A stretch of DNA of 64,000 bases from Haplodiscus bocki. Taxonomy: Eukaryota. The notes beneath the pieces are model-generated. The model was given only the letters and a program-made list of their open reading frames with translations, was not told the DNA's origin and made no database searches. The translations under genes and the position numbers were made by a program. This document shows positions 60,201-64,000 of this stretch, piece by piece. How positions within the stretch are numbered: position 1 is the first letter of the stretch; each line of letters begins with the position of its first letter. The stretch covers positions 146,816,001 through 146,880,000 of the forward strand of contig OZ296648.1 in NCBI GenBank assembly GCA_965655095.1, in the 5' to 3' direction.

Positions 60201-62564
60201 GATCGACCGTGTAATCATAATAGTTTGAATTTTTACTTTAGACATATTTCAAGTGTCGATTTGGAGTAATATGAGATAATTTGAATGAGTATTTTCAGCT
60301 TCGATCACTATTGGTAGTGATTCCTGTTCAATGAATGGTTTGAAAAACTTTCAATATAAATTTGATCTGAAGTGTTTCAGAAACGTTGATAATTTAATCG
60401 GAAAAATCATCACAGCAAAAGAAAAATCGGGTTCGTTTGTGGTTTTTTTACAGTATCTAAAACAGTTAACCGTGAAAAAAAATGTTTGTTGAAAAGCATT
60501 TTTTCAGTCAAAGTTTCTCAAAAGCCAGTGGTATCGATTGTTAATCTTTTGAATTTATCAACTCCAGAAGTTTCAAAGAAGTGTTTGTTGCGAATTTCAT
60601 CAATTGCAGAATTAATTACCATAGATTGTTCTGAAAGGTCATTAGCTTGTTGCTGTGTAGTCAGAAAAAGTACAAATACAACGTGAATTAAAAAATAACT
60701 TTCTCTTGGATTTATTGTCTCCGGAAATATTCCAGTGTTACAAAAAGGAAAGTGTGTGTCAGCATAACTTGATTCAAAAGTTTTATATTGAACATATTAT
60801 CAAAAAGAATCCTGGTGTTCTCCAATCAGAGGGATTAAATATTTATCACTACAGTATTTCTCAAAAGGTAGAGAGTTTGTTCAGTTCTAAGTAGGATTCT
60901 CAGTAAAACTGATAAAGTCAGTAATACATGCTCTCTTTGAGAAAACTTCAGAGAATTGTTGTTGCAATTCTACAGATGGATTATGTACTCGTTCCTTAGA
61001 TATCTCAGAAGCCGAAGGTTCTGGGATTTGCAATAGATTCTGTTGTGTAATTACAGTTGGATTTGTTTTTGGTTCTTTAATTGTTTGATCTTGAAAAGAT
61101 TCAGTAGTTTTTCATTTTGTTTGTTACAATCAGCATCTCCCTTCTCAGACGGAGTATCTGAATGTGAACTGACAGTTGTGTGTCGACTTGACATTATGGT
61201 TTCAAGAATATTTCAGAAAAATTGGGTTTGGTTGAATACAGAAGATTTCAATAATCAGTATGAGAATTGTGAAAACAATTCTTTGCAGAAAACTAAATGT
61301 ATATAATTTGTATATGAGTGTTGTATATGTCTATACAAATCCAGCACCCAAGAATGAAAAAACAAAATACGATGAGGATGGAAAACATTGATGGTTAATA
61401 GAAGTGCTTTGAATCAAAAGGTTGTTGGCAAAATGAGTAAAGTATTTGAAAGTCCGTTCAACCAAAAAATTGCTCGCAGAATACAAACAACTCTTGCAGT
61501 GTGAAAATTTTTAGTTTTAAACTAGGAAGGGTAACAAGGGAATGAACTTTCAGGAAAAAGATTGCTAAACTGTGAACAATCAACGTTTGCACACAGTCTC
61601 TGATCAATACTGATCGCACGGTTTTACTCTCTTGTTATACAAGACAAGAGAACGACGATAGGCAGATCGGAGTTCAGTTCTTTCTTAGAACTCTTAGTTG
61701 ACTACTAATTCTTGACAAAGTTTTGAACAGTCACCTTAATAGTCGGTAACATAGAAATTTTTAGACGCTATGCAGAGCAAATTTCGTGTTCTGACTCTAA
61801 GTTTTAGGGGATGGTAAAGGAAAATTAGGGATCCACAGAGTCCAAAAGCGAAAGTTTTCTACAACAAAAAAGATAAGAGAATCGCAACAGTAGACATGGG
61901 TGGAATTAAATTTCTAAAAGGAGAAGAAATATTGTGGTCAGAGGATGGCAATGGATTTCGTGAATGAAAAATTGCAGTGGAAGCGGAATGATGTGTAATG
62001 ATAATACGCAGAATTTGTGAAACTTTTCATTGATGAGGTCAATATATGTCGATATGAACAAAAAATGAAAATTGTAAACAAAATTGTAAAAAGGCAGGAC
62101 GGAAAGAAACATTAAAAAGGGATTGCTGCCCTAATACTGAATTGTTCTTAACTGAGTCTCTAATATACGGTGTAGAATGGAATAGACTCTGATTCTACGC
62201 GGGATTCAGTTACTAAAACTGACAGCGAACAAAAATGTAGAGAAATGGCCAAATTTATAGTCGACACGACTGTCGAAGGTTATAGTCCAAAGGACTGGAT
62301 GTTTAGAATTGACACGGCTATCTAGTTCAAAGTCGAAGCGACTATTGAAATTTGTGGTCCAGAGGACTGAAGTTAAGAAACGGATTGATTCAAAAAAAAT
62401 TGAAGAAGGAGTTTTTATTTGGTTTTGATTTTCCTATTTTAAAAACCGTCTGAAAAAGGAAGAGAAGCAAAAAAGAGTAAATGTAGAGGAGAGAATAGAT
62501 GGATGTTTTGAGAGGGAAGTTAACGAAATCTGACCAAGATGAATTTTCAGTCGTCGCACCGATT

Positions 62565-62849
62565 TGTATTAACTTTCAAAAGATGTTTGCGTGTGTATTA
62601 TTTCTAGTGAAGTTAATACTACGTAGAAGCTTTCAACTTGACTTGATCTAACTTGAGTACTCAGATATTTCCTTCAAATTCTCATAAATTTTCTGGAGAA
62701 AATAACAGTTCCCTACTTGGATAACCCTTCAACTCTATATTGATATCAAGATCGTGAAATTCTATAAAACTCGTAAGAAATAAAAACAAGCTTACCTTTT
62801 GTCCTATGAATTTTCAGGAACTTCTTCTATTAAATGCCTATGTATAACA
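62565..62849 (-). repeat. LTR copy within the duplication
   Basis: Highly similar to 56472-56756, with the same GTAGG flank. Confidence 0.88.
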
Positions 62850-63087
62850 GTAGGAGAACTACTCTGTGTTTCACAAAATTTCTGTTATCGAAAAGAAATA
62901 TGGTTTAGAGGGGCGAAGTAGCATGATTTTCTGTCGAAATTGTTTTGTCTCACAGTACCGAAAGACGTCGTAGGGGAACCCTTCCTGGTTTCAGATAAAT
63001 TTTGGTATAAAAAACTTTTCATGCATAAGAGGGGGGGGGGACGGTATCACGATTTCCCGTAATATTTAAGTTGAAAAAAGTAGTTAA

Positions 63088-63265
63088 AGGCTGGGATTCG
63101 AACCCGTACCCACGGCTTCAGAACCCTGTTGTCCCACCGACTGTTCCATGATAACCATTGGAAATTCTGACAAATGTCAGTGAAAAAAAAAATTTTGGCA
63201 CGACAGAGACTCGAACCCGCACTTGTCGCTTCAGAACAGTGTTGGCCTAACCCCACTGCTGTCCT
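63088..63265 (-). ncRNA. Two tRNA-derived units (duplicate copy; one unit deleted)
   Basis: GGCTGGGATTCGAACCC and TGGCACGACAGAGACTCGAACCC are reverse complements of tRNA T-arm/3' ends with intact GTTCGA. Confidence 0.62.
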
Positions 63266-64000
63266 TTATTTTTGAAGAAAAAGAGTTGGCAATTTTGGAC
63301 AGAAACAAAAAAACGACAAAACGACCCCACAGACTGAATAATTTTTCTTGCATATTACATATCCGGCAAAAACTGAAAAGCCATTAGAAAAGTTTTTTTT
63401 TCGAAACTCCAACTCAATCTCACGAAAATTATTGTCCTGTAATCTCGATCACCAGCAATCCCGCTCTAGGGTGTTCGTCGTGAAGCACTAACGTTGTCTG
63501 CGTTGGGACAATCAGTCTCGACCGGTCGAAGAGAAGGAAAGGACAAACAATGGGGGTACTAAAAACTTCTCCAGTGTTCAATCCCTTAGCAATCCAAAAC
63601 TACGAACCTTTCTTTAATTCAGGTAGTAATCGAAGTTTTTTCCAAAAAAAATCGGTTTTTCCTAAAATATGCCTTTTAACTCTTCCCATCCAGACACACT
63701 GATTTCTTCTGTGGTCGAGTAAAGACTGATTTTCCTCGGTCACGGCCTAAAGCACAAACTGCTTAGTTGAAGAGTGCCCTTTGGGAATCGGATCCTGCTG
63801 AATTACAAGGACCAGAGTCCTGATAGGTCAAAAGTGAAAACGGGCTTCTTCCATGAAAATAACAACCAAGTTTTTTTGTGCCAGTGGAGTGTTTTTTCAA
63901 GAGCCATATGGGCTGATTTCCAAAGATCAGAGTCTTGACAGGTCGAAAAGCCAAGAACTCATCTCCGTAAGGATATTTTTGAAATTGGCAAACATATTTC

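Larger units (their letters stand above)
58343..64000. repeat. Tandem segmental duplication of ~52195-58040 (gag 5' part, leader, LTR, satellite, tRNA-like units, flank)
   Basis: Breakpoint GCTTATTTCTGGAAG at 52195 and 58343; paired ORFs 54612/60706, 54949/61043 and 57778/63763. Confidence 0.93.

Overview
AT-rich eukaryotic (most likely invertebrate animal) genomic DNA, almost entirely decayed mobile elements. The repeat families are reminiscent of acoel flatworm genomes, but that is an unverified impression. (1) 1605-22832: a complete-ended but inactivated Polinton/Maverick (adintovirus-like) element with a perfect 6-bp TSD (CTCCAG). It has long TIRs containing 28/30-bp tandem arrays, a minus-strand morphogenesis block (adenain protease, major capsid, core protein, penton, integrase, packaging ATPase), about 5 kb of accessory ORFs and two pPolB copies separated by an internal second Polinton end. 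(2) 24815-25720: the only clearly recognisable intact host gene, an intronless aspartate/glutamate-carrier-like SLC25 ORF with no EF-hand domain. (3) A hAT transposase relic next to a 200-N gap. (4) A ~120-bp satellite with higher-order repeats (34.6-37.75 kb). (5) A ~17.8-kb decayed Ty3/Gypsy-type LTR element on the minus strand (38935-56756) with gag, PR-RT-RH-IN, a class III (chuvirus-G/gB-like) envelope relic and a ~4-kb extra 3' region. Its downstream LTR is followed by a second PBS and leader. (6) Tandem tRNA-like units and a ~6.1-kb tandem duplication at the right end. Coordinates and identities were read by eye; no searches were run.
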